From NCBI GenBank assembly GCA_028748975.1, contig JAQTPI010000004.1, positions 14,734 to 78,733 on the forward strand: a DNA stretch of 64,000 nucleotides. Direction: 5' to 3'. The notes under the pieces were generated by a model. That model was given only the letters and a program-made list of their open reading frames with translations, was not told the DNA's origin and made no database searches. Numbering within the stretch: position 1 is the first letter of the stretch; every line of letters starts with the position of its first letter. The position numbers were made by a program, and so were the translations under genes. This DNA is from Patescibacteria group bacterium. Its GTDB lineage: Bacteria; Patescibacteriota; Patescibacteriia; UBA2196. This document shows positions 53,742-64,000 of this stretch, piece by piece.

Positions 53742-56700
53742 ATGCTTCGTCGTCAAAATTACCATGCTCAAAAGACAGAAAACCACGCTCAAGAAAAGAG
53801 TCGTGGTTTTATTTCTCTCTCGGAGGCGGCGAAGCTCTGTACTTACTCACAAGAATACCTGTCGCTTTTGGCCAGACGGGGGGAACTTAAAGCGCAAAAA
53901 ATAGGACGCAATTGGTTTACCAAAACCGACTGGTTGAAAAAATATATTGAGGACCACCCAGCGGATTTGAACGGCAATATCAAAGGGCGCCTGCTGGAAG
54001 AAGAAAAATTAAAAAAAATAATACATAAAAAAAGATTTAAGAATTTAAATGTCTTAGGAGAAGTTGGAGCGACAACCAGGGTGATGAAGAAAAAGATGGC
54101 AGGAGCGAGAACGAAAGTTTTGTTGGCAACAATGTTGATGGTATTATTGGTGGGTGTGGTTTTGATCAAACCAAACTATGTGAAAGATTTCGCGACGATG
54201 GAAATTAAACTGGCGCAGATAGGAACTAATGAATTCAAAAGAATTTTTTGGAATGAAAACGCGGCGAAGTTTGAGGCGCCAGAACAAGAAACGGCAAAAC
54301 AGACGATGGAAAAAATTGGGGGAAAAAAAATTGTGGCGGGGGCGAAAATCAGCGAAGTTTGGAAAAATCTGATCAGCCAGTTTAATCAGGTAAAAAATTT
54401 AAATCTCAGCATCGCGAAGAATTTTGACAAGGCTGAGCAAGAAATTTATTTGGCGCACTATAATTGGCAGAAAACCGGAGAAAGAATTTTTAGTTGGTTG
54501 GAGAAGAAAAATTTTGCCATCAATTTGGGTGATTTTAAAATGTTTGGGAAATCTGGGGAGATCAGAGACTGGGGAATAGTTGGAGCAATGAAGAAAATTT
54601 TAGCTAGTGCAAATAAAATTGTTGGCGAAGCTGGTGGAAGCGCTACCGAACTGGCCAGTAACATTGGTGATAAGATTGGCGAGTGGCTTTCATCTTTTCA
54701 AAAAACAGAATGGGATTCACGGTTATTAATTCAGCTGGCCAAAAGAAAAAGCGAAACAACACAAATTGTTTATGAGGGTGATTGGATCAATCAAATAGGC
54801 CAAGGAGAAGCAGGCCAGGCGGGGGCTAGTGGAAAGCCAGGAGCGACTGGCGCGACTGGTAAAATCGGCAGTCAAGGACCGCGCGGTGAAAAAGGTGAAA
54901 AAGGCGAAACCGGACCACAAGGATTACAAGGATTACAGGGATTACAAGGAATAGCTGGACCAGCTGGCGCGAGCGGTGGAACCAGTATTACCAATGTTTA
55001 CAATGTGGGTGTGCCAGGAACAACTGCCCATGACGGCGCGGGCTCTTCCTTCGCCGCTAAATATATTGGCGCGGGCGAACTCTCGGTTTCCGGCAACACC
55101 AGTTTGAATGGCAGTTTAACTGTTCAGGGTGGAACCAGTTTTAATAGCGCGGTAAATATTGCCGGGATTTTGAATGGCGGTAACGCGGTCTTTAGCGGAG
55201 TTACGATGAACACACTTAATGCCACGACCACAAATATTGATTTTGCCAGAATTGTTGATGGCAGAATAACCACACTTAACGCCACCACCACGAACATTGA
55301 CACGCTCCAAGTTTTTGGCAACGCCACCACGACTGGCGTGCAAAGCATTGTGGGCCAACTGAAAGTCGCCACTTCCACTTTGGATGAGTATTATAAATTC
55401 GGCGTGGGCGGACCGGTTTACATCGCGGGCAGTTTATATCACGAGGGCAATGCCACGACTACGGGCACAGGAGTTTTTTCTAATTCTTTGGCTGTGGCAA
55501 CCACCACTCATCCTTACACTCTAAACATCGGAGGCACAGGATATTTTAGCGACGGACTGATGATTGGCGGTTATGCCACCACTTCCAATTTGACAGTTCA
55601 GGGTAATGCCACCACCACCGGATCACATTACATTGGCGGAGATTTAACAGTGGCAAGAGCTTCTGCTTTTCTTAGTGGCGCTTCTTTCAATTCCATCACT
55701 ACGACCGACACTGCTTACTTTGGCGGTAATTTAACCGTGGTTGGTGCCACTGATTTACAAGATAATGTTTTTGATTCACTGGGTGATTTTACGATCGCGG
55801 ATAATTTGATGGTCAGCGGTAATGCCACCACCACCGGATCACATTACATTGGCGGAGATTTAACAGTGGCAAGAGCTTCTGCTTTTCTTAGTGGCGCTTC
55901 TTTTAATTCCATCACGACGACCGACACTGCCTACATCAGTGGCAGAAGTTTTTTGATGGGCAACGTCGGCATCGGCACAACCGCGCCGACTTCCACACTC
56001 GCGGTTTATGGAAATTTCAATGTGCAGAATGCCAGCAATGGCACCAGTAATTTATATGTTAATTCAACAAGTGGCAATATCGGCATTGGCACAACAGGAC
56101 CGCTACAAAAACTGGACGTGAATGGCAATCTAGCCTTTGGCGGCAGCCGTGCTTTTGGATTATTTGGAACCATATTAGATTTTGGGAGAGGCAGTTCTTA
56201 TTTTACAGGATTTAATCTCGGAGTTGGAGCGTCAAGCGGTTTATTTATTAATTCAAACGGCAACGTCGGCATTGGAATGACGAACCCGGTTTATAAACTG
56301 GAAGTCAATGGCACCGCTTCCACTTCGGCTTTGTATGTTGGCACGAACGCGACGACCACCGGAGTAGCTTATGTTGGTTTAGCTTTGGCCGTGGCCACCA
56401 CCACTTCTGATGATTTTTCTTTTCAAATCGGTGCTAAGCCATCAATTTTTCAACACGGCGTTTCCATTTTGGGTTATGCCACTACTTCTAATTTGACAGT
56501 GCAGGGTAACGCCACCACCACTGGCACACAATATTTTGGCGGCGACATCAACATGGCTGGCGCAATGAATCAGGCTGGCGGTAGCGCGGCTTTGGCCACC
56601 ACCACGGTGGTGGGAAGTTTTACGGTACAGGATGCCGATGGCAACTCCAGATTTTTAGTCAATAATTTAACCGGCAAGGTGGGTATTGGTACGAGCGGAC

Positions 56701-59700
56701 CGGATGGCAGTTTGGAAGTTCTAAATGCTGATAGCGCGCAATTACGTCTAAGCCAAGCCAATGAAGTTTTTTACGCTGATTTCCAGGTGGATAATACCGG
56801 CGATTTGCTTTTGAACATGAGCGACAACACTGGCCAAGGGCAATTAATTTTGGCCAACGAAGACACCATCGCGATTGGCGGCGTGGCGGGACAAATTTAC
56901 AATGCCATCGCCAATGATGCCACAAGCATGGGGCATGGCTTGAATACAGACACAGATTTATACATTGGTGGCAAATTGGAAGTTGATGACAATGTTTTTT
57001 TTGATGGCAACGTAACAATTGCCGGCGACCAGACCGTGGTGGGCACAACGGCTTATGAAAGCAATGTGGACATGCAGAATAATTTAATTTTGAATGTAGG
57101 CCATGCCAATACTGATTTCACTACTGGCGGCGGACTTAATTTGGCCGGTGATTTGGCCGTCAATTCCGGTAATCTTACTTCCTCTGGCAATTTGACTTTG
57201 AATCCGACCGGCACTTTGAATTTGGGTGGGGCAAATACGACAGTGATTTCTACACCTAACACGGTGGCAACTTACAACGTCAATGGCACTGGATTGACCG
57301 CGGTTAATATCGCGGTAGCCAACGTTAACCCGGCCATTTTGAATTTTGGCACTTCGGCCGCGGGGAACGACATTAACATCGGTGGTTCGACAGCTACGGT
57401 GGATTTGGAAAATGGCACTGTGTATGTTATTGGTGGCAACATAGGAATTAATACCACCGCGCCGACTTCCACCCTGCAAACCATTGGCAATTTTTCCATT
57501 GCCACCACTTCCGCTCTCGGTTTTAACAAGCGCGAGGTTTTCAGCGTCAATAGCACTAATCATTTTGCCACCACGACCGTGAAAGATTATTTCCAGGTGG
57601 TGCAGGCAAACGAGGCGACAAGTTTGTTTGTTGATAAAGGAGGAAATGTCGGCATCGGGACAACTGCGCCGAATAATATTTTAGATGTAAATGGAACAGC
57701 CAACATTCCAATTATACGGCCCGGCTCGGTCACGTCTTATGTCGGAGGAGTTATTAATCTTAGCACCTTAAGTTTATCAGACACAGCGGCTGCCGAAGCA
57801 AGTTTAAATTGGAGAACTGGCACTTGGACCACTTATCGCCAAAATATGACGATAACTCCTTACGGGGCTTATGACGAAGGCGGGGCTGGAAAAATTTCTT
57901 TTATAGGCAACGTCGGCATCGCCACCACCAACCCGACCGCATTTTTGGAAATTTCTACCACGACTAATGATTGGGTAGGAGCAGACCGCGCGCGTCCTTT
58001 AATGCGCGTGGCAACTAAAACCACTGAAGCTTTTTACATCGCGGCGAGCGGAAATGTGGGGGTGGGGACGACCAATCCTTTAGGATTACTTCAAGTTGGA
58101 GACAATAATGCAACTCTTGGTAATAAATACGCTCTTTTTTCCAACAATGTCGGAGGAAATAATCCATCAAGTGTTGTTGGACTTGCTATTGGGTGGAATA
58201 AATCCAATGGGCAAGGTGAATCTAATATTATTTTTAACACAACTGGAGGGGGTACAGCACCAGGACTTGCGATCGGCGACTTTAATGGCGCAACTTACAA
58301 AGAAGATATGCGCATAGATCAAAATGGCAACGTCGGCATCGCCACCACTAATCCGACCGCATTTTTGGAAATTTCTACCACGACTAATGATTGGATAGGA
58401 GCAGACCGCGCGCGTCCTTTAATGCGCGTGGCGACAAAAACTACCGAAGCTTTCTACATCGCGGCATCGGGTGCGGTTGGAATTGGCACCACGGATCCAA
58501 GCTGGACTGGTTTTGATGTTAATAAATCTGGTTTCTATTTTCATAACGGTGCCACCGCCTTTATCTATAACAATGGCGTTAATACCGGCTTTAATAGTGG
58601 CACCACCCCAGGTTCAAAAGTATCAATTGCGGGAAATTTATCAGTGGGAAGCACTTTTTATTCTGTTGCCGCGCCAACTAATGGAGCAATTATTGAAGGC
58701 AATGTCGGCGTTGGGACGACCGCGCCCTCTGCCTTACTTCACGCTTCTTCCACCACGGAACAATTACGATTATCCAATGGCAATGTCGCTTCCACTAACT
58801 TCACATCTTTTAAAGTTCTCTCTGCCGGTGATTTAATCATTGACCCGCAGGGAACAGCGACTTCCACCGTGATTGGCAGTAATCTGCAAGTGGAAGGCAA
58901 CGCCAGCACGACTGGCGCATTGTATGTTGGTGGGCATTTTAATGTGGTTGGCATCGCGGCTTTTACCGGCGGCGCGAGTTTCAATTCCATCACTACCACG
59001 GATACGGCCTATATTGGCGGAAAAAGTTATTTTGGCGGTAACGTTGGCATTGGCGCGACCGCGCCACTGGCCAAATTGGATGTGCGCGGCGACGTTTACA
59101 TTGGCGCGGGCGCGGAAATTTACACCAATGGCGGCTATGAATCTGGTGGAGTGACCACTGTTAGCACTCTGCAAAACAATATGTATGTTTGGCAGGGCGG
59201 CACGGGCAATGTTACGCCTTCAGTGGAAACGACCATTGTCCACACCGGCACCAATTCGCAAAAAATAGTAGTGACTGATGACGGCACTTCTCTTTCTGAT
59301 GTCCGCGCGGCTACCGCTTCGTCCAATTACAACGCGGTCGTGGGCGATGTTTTCACTTACAGTTTTTGGGTTTATTCCAGCGTGGCTATCACCAACGCGC
59401 AAGTGGCTTTTGCCAGTATTGGGCAGAGCGGCTGGGGAACAGCGGTAAGTTTTAGCGTGCCAACCATCAATACTTGGACTAAAATTTCCGGCATGGTGAC
59501 TTGCAATGCGACCGTGGCCAATAATGGCACCAACATTCAGGCAAAAATCGGCGACACTTTAAGCGGCGGAACCGGCACGGTATATTTTGATGATTTTTCA
59601 ATTTATCGGACGGGCTTGGCTTTGGTCAATGCCAACGCGGCCGTGGCGGGCGGACAACAAAATTCTCCGGTTGTGAGATGGTCGGGTTATGGTTGGAAAA

Positions 59701-62700
59701 CAGATGCCACGGCTGGGAGCCAAGCAGTGGATTTCCGAAGTTATGTGGTGCCGGTGCAGGGAGCGGCCGCGCCAACCGGTTATCTGACTTTTGAATCTGC
59801 CATCAATGGCGCGACTTATGGCAATACCATGAATTTCACTTCTGGTGGAAATTTGGGCATCGGCACCACTGCGCCAACTTCCACCTTGGCAGTTTATGGA
59901 AATTTCAATGTGCAGAATGCCAGCAATGGTACTAGTAATTTATATGTTAATCCAACAAGCGGTAATGTTGGCATTGGGACGACGGGGCCGACACAAAAGT
60001 TAGATGTTAACGGTAATATGAGAGTTGGGAGCGGAATAATTTATGGCCCAGCCACGACCGAATATCTTTCTTTTGATAGCACAAATGGTTCTTACCTTGT
60101 TTCTAATGGAACTTATGTTAGAGCAGCGCCAGCTTCTGATTTAGTATTTGTTAATAATAATAACGAGAGCATGAGAATAAAACTAGGTGGTAATGTTGGT
60201 ATTGGCACTAATGCACCAACTGCTTTATTTGAAATCGCCACCACCACAAATGACTGGCCGGCCGGTGTTCGTCCTTTAATGCGAGTGGCCACGAAGACGA
60301 TCGAAGCGTTGTATGTTTCCGCGGCGGGAAATGTGGGGATTGGGACGGCGACGCCGGAGCAAAAGTTGGATGTAGCCGGTAGCACTCGTTTGAGTTCTTA
60401 TTTACAATTAAGAGATTTTGACGCTGGCAGTTGGGATGGCGTAACTCTTGGTTCAACTATTATTTCTAGAGATTATGCCACGGTGTTTTGGAACGGCGGA
60501 GTGATAGTTGGTGGATATGCCAACGACGCCACACCAGCCGCTTACAGCGCTGGTGGCGCGTTTTTGTCGCAAGGCCCGACCGCTTTGGCCGTGAATTCTG
60601 GCAATGTCGGTATTGGAATAACAAACCCGGTCGGGCAATTTCAAGTTTCCACCACCACCATGTTTGCTTCAGCTTCTGGCACAGAACCGAGAGTGGGTAT
60701 TGGCACTTCCGCGCCTTCTGTGCCTTTGCATGTTTCTAAAACAGGGCTGGCAGCCGATGGCAATAATTGGGTTGGTTATTTTTTAACTCCAAATGTTGTC
60801 ACTGATGCCCACACAGTAAATCTTTTGCTTGGAAAGACAACTGCCACCGGAGCTTCCGCAGCTTTAAGTTACAAGTATGACACAACTTCCGGCGATGAGG
60901 GTTTTGGCATCGCTTTGTATGGCGACGCTTTAGGCAGCGGTTTTTTCCAAAGAAAGGGCGGCAATGTGGGAATTGGGACATTAACACCGGGCGCAGAATT
61001 AGTAGTGGTTTCCGATACTTACGGAGCGCCCAAATTTATGGTTTCCTCATCAACCACTGTAACCACGCCGAGTTTGTATGTGGCCAATACCGGCAACGTC
61101 GGCATCGGAAATACCAACCCAACCCAAAAATTAGAGGTGACCGGCAATCTTATGATTCCAAATGGAAACGCTTATTATTCTAAAGATAGTTCGGGAAACG
61201 CTATACCATTAATTCAGTTAAATGGTTCTAATAATTTGCGCATGCTGGCTGGCTACAATACCCAAATAGAAATTTATAATACCGCGCAGACTTACGCTTT
61301 GATGGCAATAAAAAATAACGGCAATGTCGGCATTGGTACCACTAATCCGACTGCCTTATTCGAAGTTTCTACCACGACCGCGCATTCCACCATTTCTAAT
61401 CGACCAATGATGCGGGTAGCCACGGGTACGACAGAAGCATTTTTTGTTGATAGATTTGGCAATGTGGGGATTGGACAGATTAACCCGCAATACAAACTTG
61501 ATGTCGCTGGCAATTTGAATTTGAACGCCACTTCCACCATTTACATGAACTCGTTGCCGGCGTTTAACGCTTCTTCTACCAGTCTTTCTGTCTCGGCTGG
61601 CACGCAGGCGGGCAATGCTTTGCTTGATAGCGGAATACGTAATGTTTTTGTGGGCTATCAGGCCGGCTATTCGGCGACCACTTCTGATTATAATGTTGGC
61701 GTCGGTTATTTGGCATTAAAGAATACCAACAGATCTGGCGGTGGCGACCAAGGCGGCGACAGAAATGTGGCCGTGGGGGATACTTCCATGGATGCCAACA
61801 CTTATGGCGGATATAACACAGCGGTGGGTTTTGATTCTTTAGGCGCTCTTATAAGCGGTAATCAGAATACGGTGGTTGGCAATTCCGCGTTGTATCAAAA
61901 TACCACTGGTTCTCTTAATGTCGCCATGGGTTATGTGGCTGGTTATCTAAACAAAGGCACTGGCAATGTTTTTTTGGGCACAGGCAGTGGCACGACCGAA
62001 CAGTTTGATACTTCAAACTATTCAGTGGCCATTGGCTATTACGCCAAAACTTTTGGCAGTAATCAGCTTTCCATTGATAATGCTTCCACCACCGCGCCAT
62101 TGATTTTTGGTGATTTTTCCACGCGCCGAGTTGGCTTAGGCACGACCGCGCCAGTGGCGATGTTTGAAATTTCAACTACGACTGATTGGGTGGCGGGAGT
62201 TATGCCTTTGATGCGCGTGGCAACTAAAACCACCGAAGCTTTCTATATCGCGGCGACTGGCAATGTAGGAGTGGGGACGACCGCGCCTGATGCCAAACTT
62301 TCAATCTTGAATGGCTCAGGATATCTTTTGTCTTCCAAAGACACGGCCGGTACCACTCGTTTTGCTATTAATGCTTTGCATTCTAATCCTTATTACTATG
62401 ACATAGCGTCCACTAATTATGATTTGCGAATATCTTCTTATTTGACTGGCGGCACTGGCGGCAATATCCAGTTTCAAACCAACAGCGTGGCAGGCGCGGT
62501 AGAGAGAATGCGCATTAATCCATATGGTAATGTCGGTATCGCTACCACCAACCCGACTGCGTTTTTGGAAATTTCTACCACGACAACCGACTGGGTTGCG
62601 GGCGTGCGTCCTTTGATGCGCGTGGCCACGAAGACGACGGAGGCGCTGTATGTTTCCACGGCGGGGAATTTGGGAATAGGATCAACAAACCCATCTTTCA

Positions 62701-64000
62701 AGACCGAAATTATTCATAATTCAAGCGGAACAAGTTTTGCAGGGGCGGTTGCAGATTTTGGTTTGGGTCTAATTAATATAAACGGCGCTGCTAATACTTG
62801 GAGCAATATTTCATTTGCCCAAGCCGGAAGTGGTTCAGTGAAAGCGAGTATTGGAACGCAATTTCCAACAAACAATGCCGATGTGGTAATTGGAACATGG
62901 AATTCCGGGGCTGGACTAACAGAGAAAATGAGAATTACTGGTCTTGGCAACGTCGGCATCGGGACAACTGCACCGACTTCTACTTTGCAAACCATCGGCA
63001 ATTTTTCCATTGCCACCACTTCGGCTCTCGGCTTTACCAAACGCGAGGTTTTCAGCGTCAATGGCACGAATTCTTTTGCCACGACCAGCGTGAAAGATTA
63101 TTTTAAAGTAGTGCAGGATAATGAGGCAACCAGTTTTGGTGTGGAAAAGAGCGGTTATGTTGGAATCAACACCACAAATTATGGGGTGGGTTATCAGAGA
63201 TTAGAAGTTAATGGCGGCGCGGCTTTGCGCGCCGGCGGGTATTTATATTTGCAGACAAGCGATGCCCAATCATCTTTCGGCATTGTTAATTTGGGTAGTG
63301 GCGGTTCGGACAAAGCAATTTTTACAGGCAATAATTTAACAATGGGCGTTGGCCAAATTGCGCCGACAGCCATGATCCATGCTTCCACCACTGATGAAGC
63401 CACGGTGGGCATGAGAATTAATTTATCCGGCACGGCGCCGACGGCCAATGCTTTTGACATTCAAAGCCAGGCGGGCGCGATTTTGACTGCTTTTACGGCG
63501 AGCGGTGGATTAATCATGAATGTGGCTTCTTCCACCGTGCTTAATGTTCAGGATGGCTCGGGCAATAAAGTTTTTGTGGTTGATTCGGATGCTTCCCCGG
63601 CCATTTTGATTTATGAAGACGCTGGCGTGAAAAATATTTCTATTTCTCATGATGGCACTAACGCGGTCATCGTGGCTTCTTCCGGTGAAATTCAAATCGG
63701 CACGGCGGGCAACGATGTTTATGTCGGCACCGCGGGCACGGCTTCCAATTTGGTGTTTGAAGAATCTTCCAGCATTTTGGGCCAGGGCGGCAACACTATT
63801 ACTTTAGGACAGTCCGGCGATCATTTTAATTTGGCAGTGACCGGCGTAAATTATTGGTTTAAAAATATTGTTTCCACTTCCACTAATTTATATTTATACG
63901 CATCGTCTACCAGCGAAAGCGTAATTGTGATGGAGAATCCGGCGGATAATAAAAATTTGCGCGTCTTTATTGAAGGCGCCATCACTACGGGCTCTTCCAC
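53742..64000 (+). CDS. Second giant fibre-like surface protein, longer than 3400 aa and 3'-truncated by the window. It is a paralogue of 45306..51938, with the same N-terminal HTH-like/TM module, a collagen Gly-X-Y tract and many GNVGIGTT-type repeats.
   Basis: The frame was checked open at more than 8 positions through to the window end. N-terminus MLRRQNYHAQKTENHAQEKSRGFISLSEAAKLCTYSQEYLSLLARRGELKAQKIGRNWFTKTDWLKKYI. Collagen-like GPRGEKGEKGETGPQGLQGLQGLQGIAGPAG. It is not in the ORF track because no stop occurs before the window end. Confidence 0.8.
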   Translation, partial: MLRRQNYHAQKTENHAQEKSRGFISLSEAAKLCTYSQEYLSLLARRGELKAQKIGRNWFTKTDWLKKYIEDHPADLNGNIKGRLLEEEKLKKIIHKKRFKNLNVLGEVGATTRVMKKKMAGARTKVLLATMLMVLLVGVVLIKPNYVKDFATMEIKLAQIGTNEFKRIFWNENAAKFEAPEQETAKQTMEKIGGKKIVAGAKISEVWKNLISQFNQVKNLNLSIAKNFDKAEQEIYLAHYNWQKTGERIFSWLEKKNFAINLGDFKMFGKSGEIRDWGIVGAMKKILASANKIVGEAGGSATELASNIGDKIGEWLSSFQKTEWDSRLLIQLAKRKSETTQIVYEGDWINQIGQGEAGQAGASGKPGATGATGKIGSQGPRGEKGEKGETGPQGLQGLQGLQGIAGPAGASGGTSITNVYNVGVPGTTAHDGAGSSFAAKYIGAGELSVSGNTSLNGSLTVQGGTSFNSAVNIAGILNGGNAVFSGVTMNTLNATTTNIDFARIVDGRITTLNATTTNIDTLQVFGNATTTGVQSIVGQLKVATSTLDEYYKFGVGGPVYIAGSLYHEGNATTTGTGVFSNSLAVATTTHPYTLNIGGTGYFSDGLMIGGYATTSNLTVQGNATTTGSHYIGGDLTVARASAFLSGASFNSITTTDTAYFGGNLTVVGATDLQDNVFDSLGDFTIADNLMVSGNATTTGSHYIGGDLTVARASAFLSGASFNSITTTDTAYISGRSFLMGNVGIGTTAPTSTLAVYGNFNVQNASNGTSNLYVNSTSGNIGIGTTGPLQKLDVNGNLAFGGSRAFGLFGTILDFGRGSSYFTGFNLGVGASSGLFINSNGNVGIGMTNPVYKLEVNGTASTSALYVGTNATTTGVAYVGLALAVATTTSDDFSFQIGAKPSIFQHGVSILGYATTSNLTVQGNATTTGTQYFGGDINMAGAMNQAGGSAALATTTVVGSFTVQDADGNSRFLVNNLTGKVGIGTSGPDGSLEVLNADSAQLRLSQANEVFYADFQVDNTGDLLLNMSDNTGQGQLILANEDTIAIGGVAGQIYNAIANDATSMGHGLNTDTDLYIGGKLEVDDNVFFDGNVTIAGDQTVVGTTAYESNVDMQNNLILNVGHANTDFTTGGGLNLAGDLAVNSGNLTSSGNLTLNPTGTLNLGGANTTVISTPNTVATYNVNGTGLTAVNIAVANVNPAILNFGTSAAGNDINIGGSTATVDLENGTVYVIGGNIGINTTAPTSTLQTIGNFSIATTSALGFNKREVFSVNSTNHFATTTVKDYFQVVQANEATSLFVDKGGNVGIGTTAPNNILDVNGTANIPIIRPGSVTSYVGGVINLSTLSLSDTAAAEASLNWRTGTWTTYRQNMTITPYGAYDEGGAGKISFIGNVGIATTNPTAFLEISTTTNDWVGADRARPLMRVATKTTEAFYIAASGNVGVGTTNPLGLLQVGDNNATLGNKYALFSNNVGGNNPSSVVGLAIGWNKSNGQGESNIIFNTTGGGTAPGLAIGDFNGATYKEDMRIDQNGNVGIATTNPTAFLEISTTTNDWIGADRARPLMRVATKTTEAFYIAASGAVGIGTTDPSWTGFDVNKSGFYFHNGATAFIYNNGVNTGFNSGTTPGSKVSIAGNLSVGSTFYSVAAPTNGAIIEGNVGVGTTAPSALLHASSTTEQLRLSNGNVASTNFTSFKVLSAGDLIIDPQGTATSTVIGSNLQVEGNASTTGALYVGGHFNVVGIAAFTGGASFNSITTTDTAYIGGKSYFGGNVGIGATAPLAKLDVRGDVYIGAGAEIYTNGGYESGGVTTVSTLQNNMYVWQGGTGNVTPSVETTIVHTGTNSQKIVVTDDGTSLSDVRAATASSNYNAVVGDVFTYSFWVYSSVAITNAQVAFASIGQSGWGTAVSFSVPTINTWTKISGMVTCNATVANNGTNIQAKIGDTLSGGTGTVYFDDFSIYRTGLALVNANAAVAGGQQNSPVVRWSGYGWKTDATAGSQAVDFRSYVVPVQGAAAPTGYLTFESAINGATYGNTMNFTSGGNLGIGTTAPTSTLAVYGNFNVQNASNGTSNLYVNPTSGNVGIGTTGPTQKLDVNGNMRVGSGIIYGPATTEYLSFDSTNGSYLVSNGTYVRAAPASDLVFVNNNNESMRIKLGGNVGIGTNAPTALFEIATTTNDWPAGVRPLMRVATKTIEALYVSAAGNVGIGTATPEQKLDVAGSTRLSSYLQLRDFDAGSWDGVTLGSTIISRDYATVFWNGGVIVGGYANDATPAAYSAGGAFLSQGPTALAVNSGNVGIGITNPVGQFQVSTTTMFASASGTEPRVGIGTSAPSVPLHVSKTGLAADGNNWVGYFLTPNVVTDAHTVNLLLGKTTATGASAALSYKYDTTSGDEGFGIALYGDALGSGFFQRKGGNVGIGTLTPGAELVVVSDTYGAPKFMVSSSTTVTTPSLYVANTGNVGIGNTNPTQKLEVTGNLMIPNGNAYYSKDSSGNAIPLIQLNGSNNLRMLAGYNTQIEIYNTAQTYALMAIKNNGNVGIGTTNPTALFEVSTTTAHSTISNRPMMRVATGTTEAFFVDRFGNVGIGQINPQYKLDVAGNLNLNATSTIYMNSLPAFNASSTSLSVSAGTQAGNALLDSGIRNVFVGYQAGYSATTSDYNVGVGYLALKNTNRSGGGDQGGDRNVAVGDTSMDANTYGGYNTAVGFDSLGALISGNQNTVVGNSALYQNTTGSLNVAMGYVAGYLNKGTGNVFLGTGSGTTEQFDTSNYSVAIGYYAKTFGSNQLSIDNASTTAPLIFGDFSTRRVGLGTTAPVAMFEISTTTDWVAGVMPLMRVATKTTEAFYIAATGNVGVGTTAPDAKLSILNGSGYLLSSKDTAGTTRFAINALHSNPYYYDIASTNYDLRISSYLTGGTGGNIQFQTNSVAGAVERMRINPYGNVGIATTNPTAFLEISTTTTDWVAGVRPLMRVATKTTEALYVSTAGNLGIGSTNPSFKTEIIHNSSGTSFAGAVADFGLGLININGAANTWSNISFAQAGSGSVKASIGTQFPTNNADVVIGTWNSGAGLTEKMRITGLGNVGIGTTAPTSTLQTIGNFSIATTSALGFTKREVFSVNGTNSFATTSVKDYFKVVQDNEATSFGVEKSGYVGINTTNYGVGYQRLEVNGGAALRAGGYLYLQTSDAQSSFGIVNLGSGGSDKAIFTGNNLTMGVGQIAPTAMIHASTTDEATVGMRINLSGTAPTANAFDIQSQAGAILTAFTASGGLIMNVASSTVLNVQDGSGNKVFVVDSDASPAILIYEDAGVKNISISHDGTNAVIVASSGEIQIGTAGNDVYVGTAGTASNLVFEESSSILGQGGNTITLGQSGDHFNLAVTGVNYWFKNIVSTSTNLYLYASSTSESVIVMENPADNKNLRVFIEGAITTGSS

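Noticed and set aside
45407-63695. Many minus-strand ORFs of 60-160 aa inside the giant genes (for example 45407..45712, 46310..46546, 53843..54169, 57084..57563).
   Set aside because: They are antisense to long, repeat-rich, clearly coding plus-strand ORFs and lack start-site signals. Repetitive GC-biased coding DNA generates such shadow ORFs.
45306-64000. A prophage, suggested by the tail-fibre-like repeats, collagen-like tracts and S74-like chaperone domain.
   Set aside because: No capsid, terminase, portal, integrase or lysis genes are present in the window. The proteins have a host-type promoter, an N-terminal TM anchor and chromosomal context, so they are more consistent with cellular surface fibres.

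Overview
This 64-kb window comes from an AT-rich bacterial genome with interspersed GC-rich genes. Gene content and architecture resemble a reduced-genome Patescibacteria/CPR-like organism; that assignment is inference, not a database result.

Housekeeping genes recognised from motifs: ligA, gatC-gatA, the infC-rpmI-rplT operon, smpB with a candidate tmRNA next to it, argS, a MurC/Mpl-family ligase, ftsW, lgt, a ZIP metal transporter, and a MacA/MacB/FtsX-type efflux set. A minus-strand tRNA cluster lies at 19.5-20.1 kb.

Three giant surface-protein genes are present:
- one of 2068 aa with FN3, CARDB and LamG-like domains;
- two tandem paralogues (2210 aa and more than 3400 aa, the second truncated by the window end) with excisionase-like N-termini, collagen Gly-X-Y tracts and tail-fiber-like repeat arrays.

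The most system-like feature was invisible in the ORF track. A radical-SAM/SPASM enzyme at 2510-3769 is followed immediately by two unlisted 42-46 aa Cys-rich peptides that share an FEILEVTA leader. This is a candidate ranthipeptide/sactipeptide-like RiPP operon.

The window is also saturated with small non-coding repeats:
- a roughly 60-bp terminal-inverted-repeat hairpin element family (more than a dozen copies), three of which sit in-frame inside lgt and the Mur ligase gene, and several of which supply stop codons;
- an inverted-repeat cassette carrying a four-helix-bundle ('23S rRNA IVS protein') gene, plus an empty copy elsewhere;
- long perfect palindromes bracketing a PaaX-like gene;
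- duplicated promoter/leader modules;
- octamer microsatellites positioned strand-specifically at gene boundaries.

All calls were made by eye from the sequence, and no searches were run.
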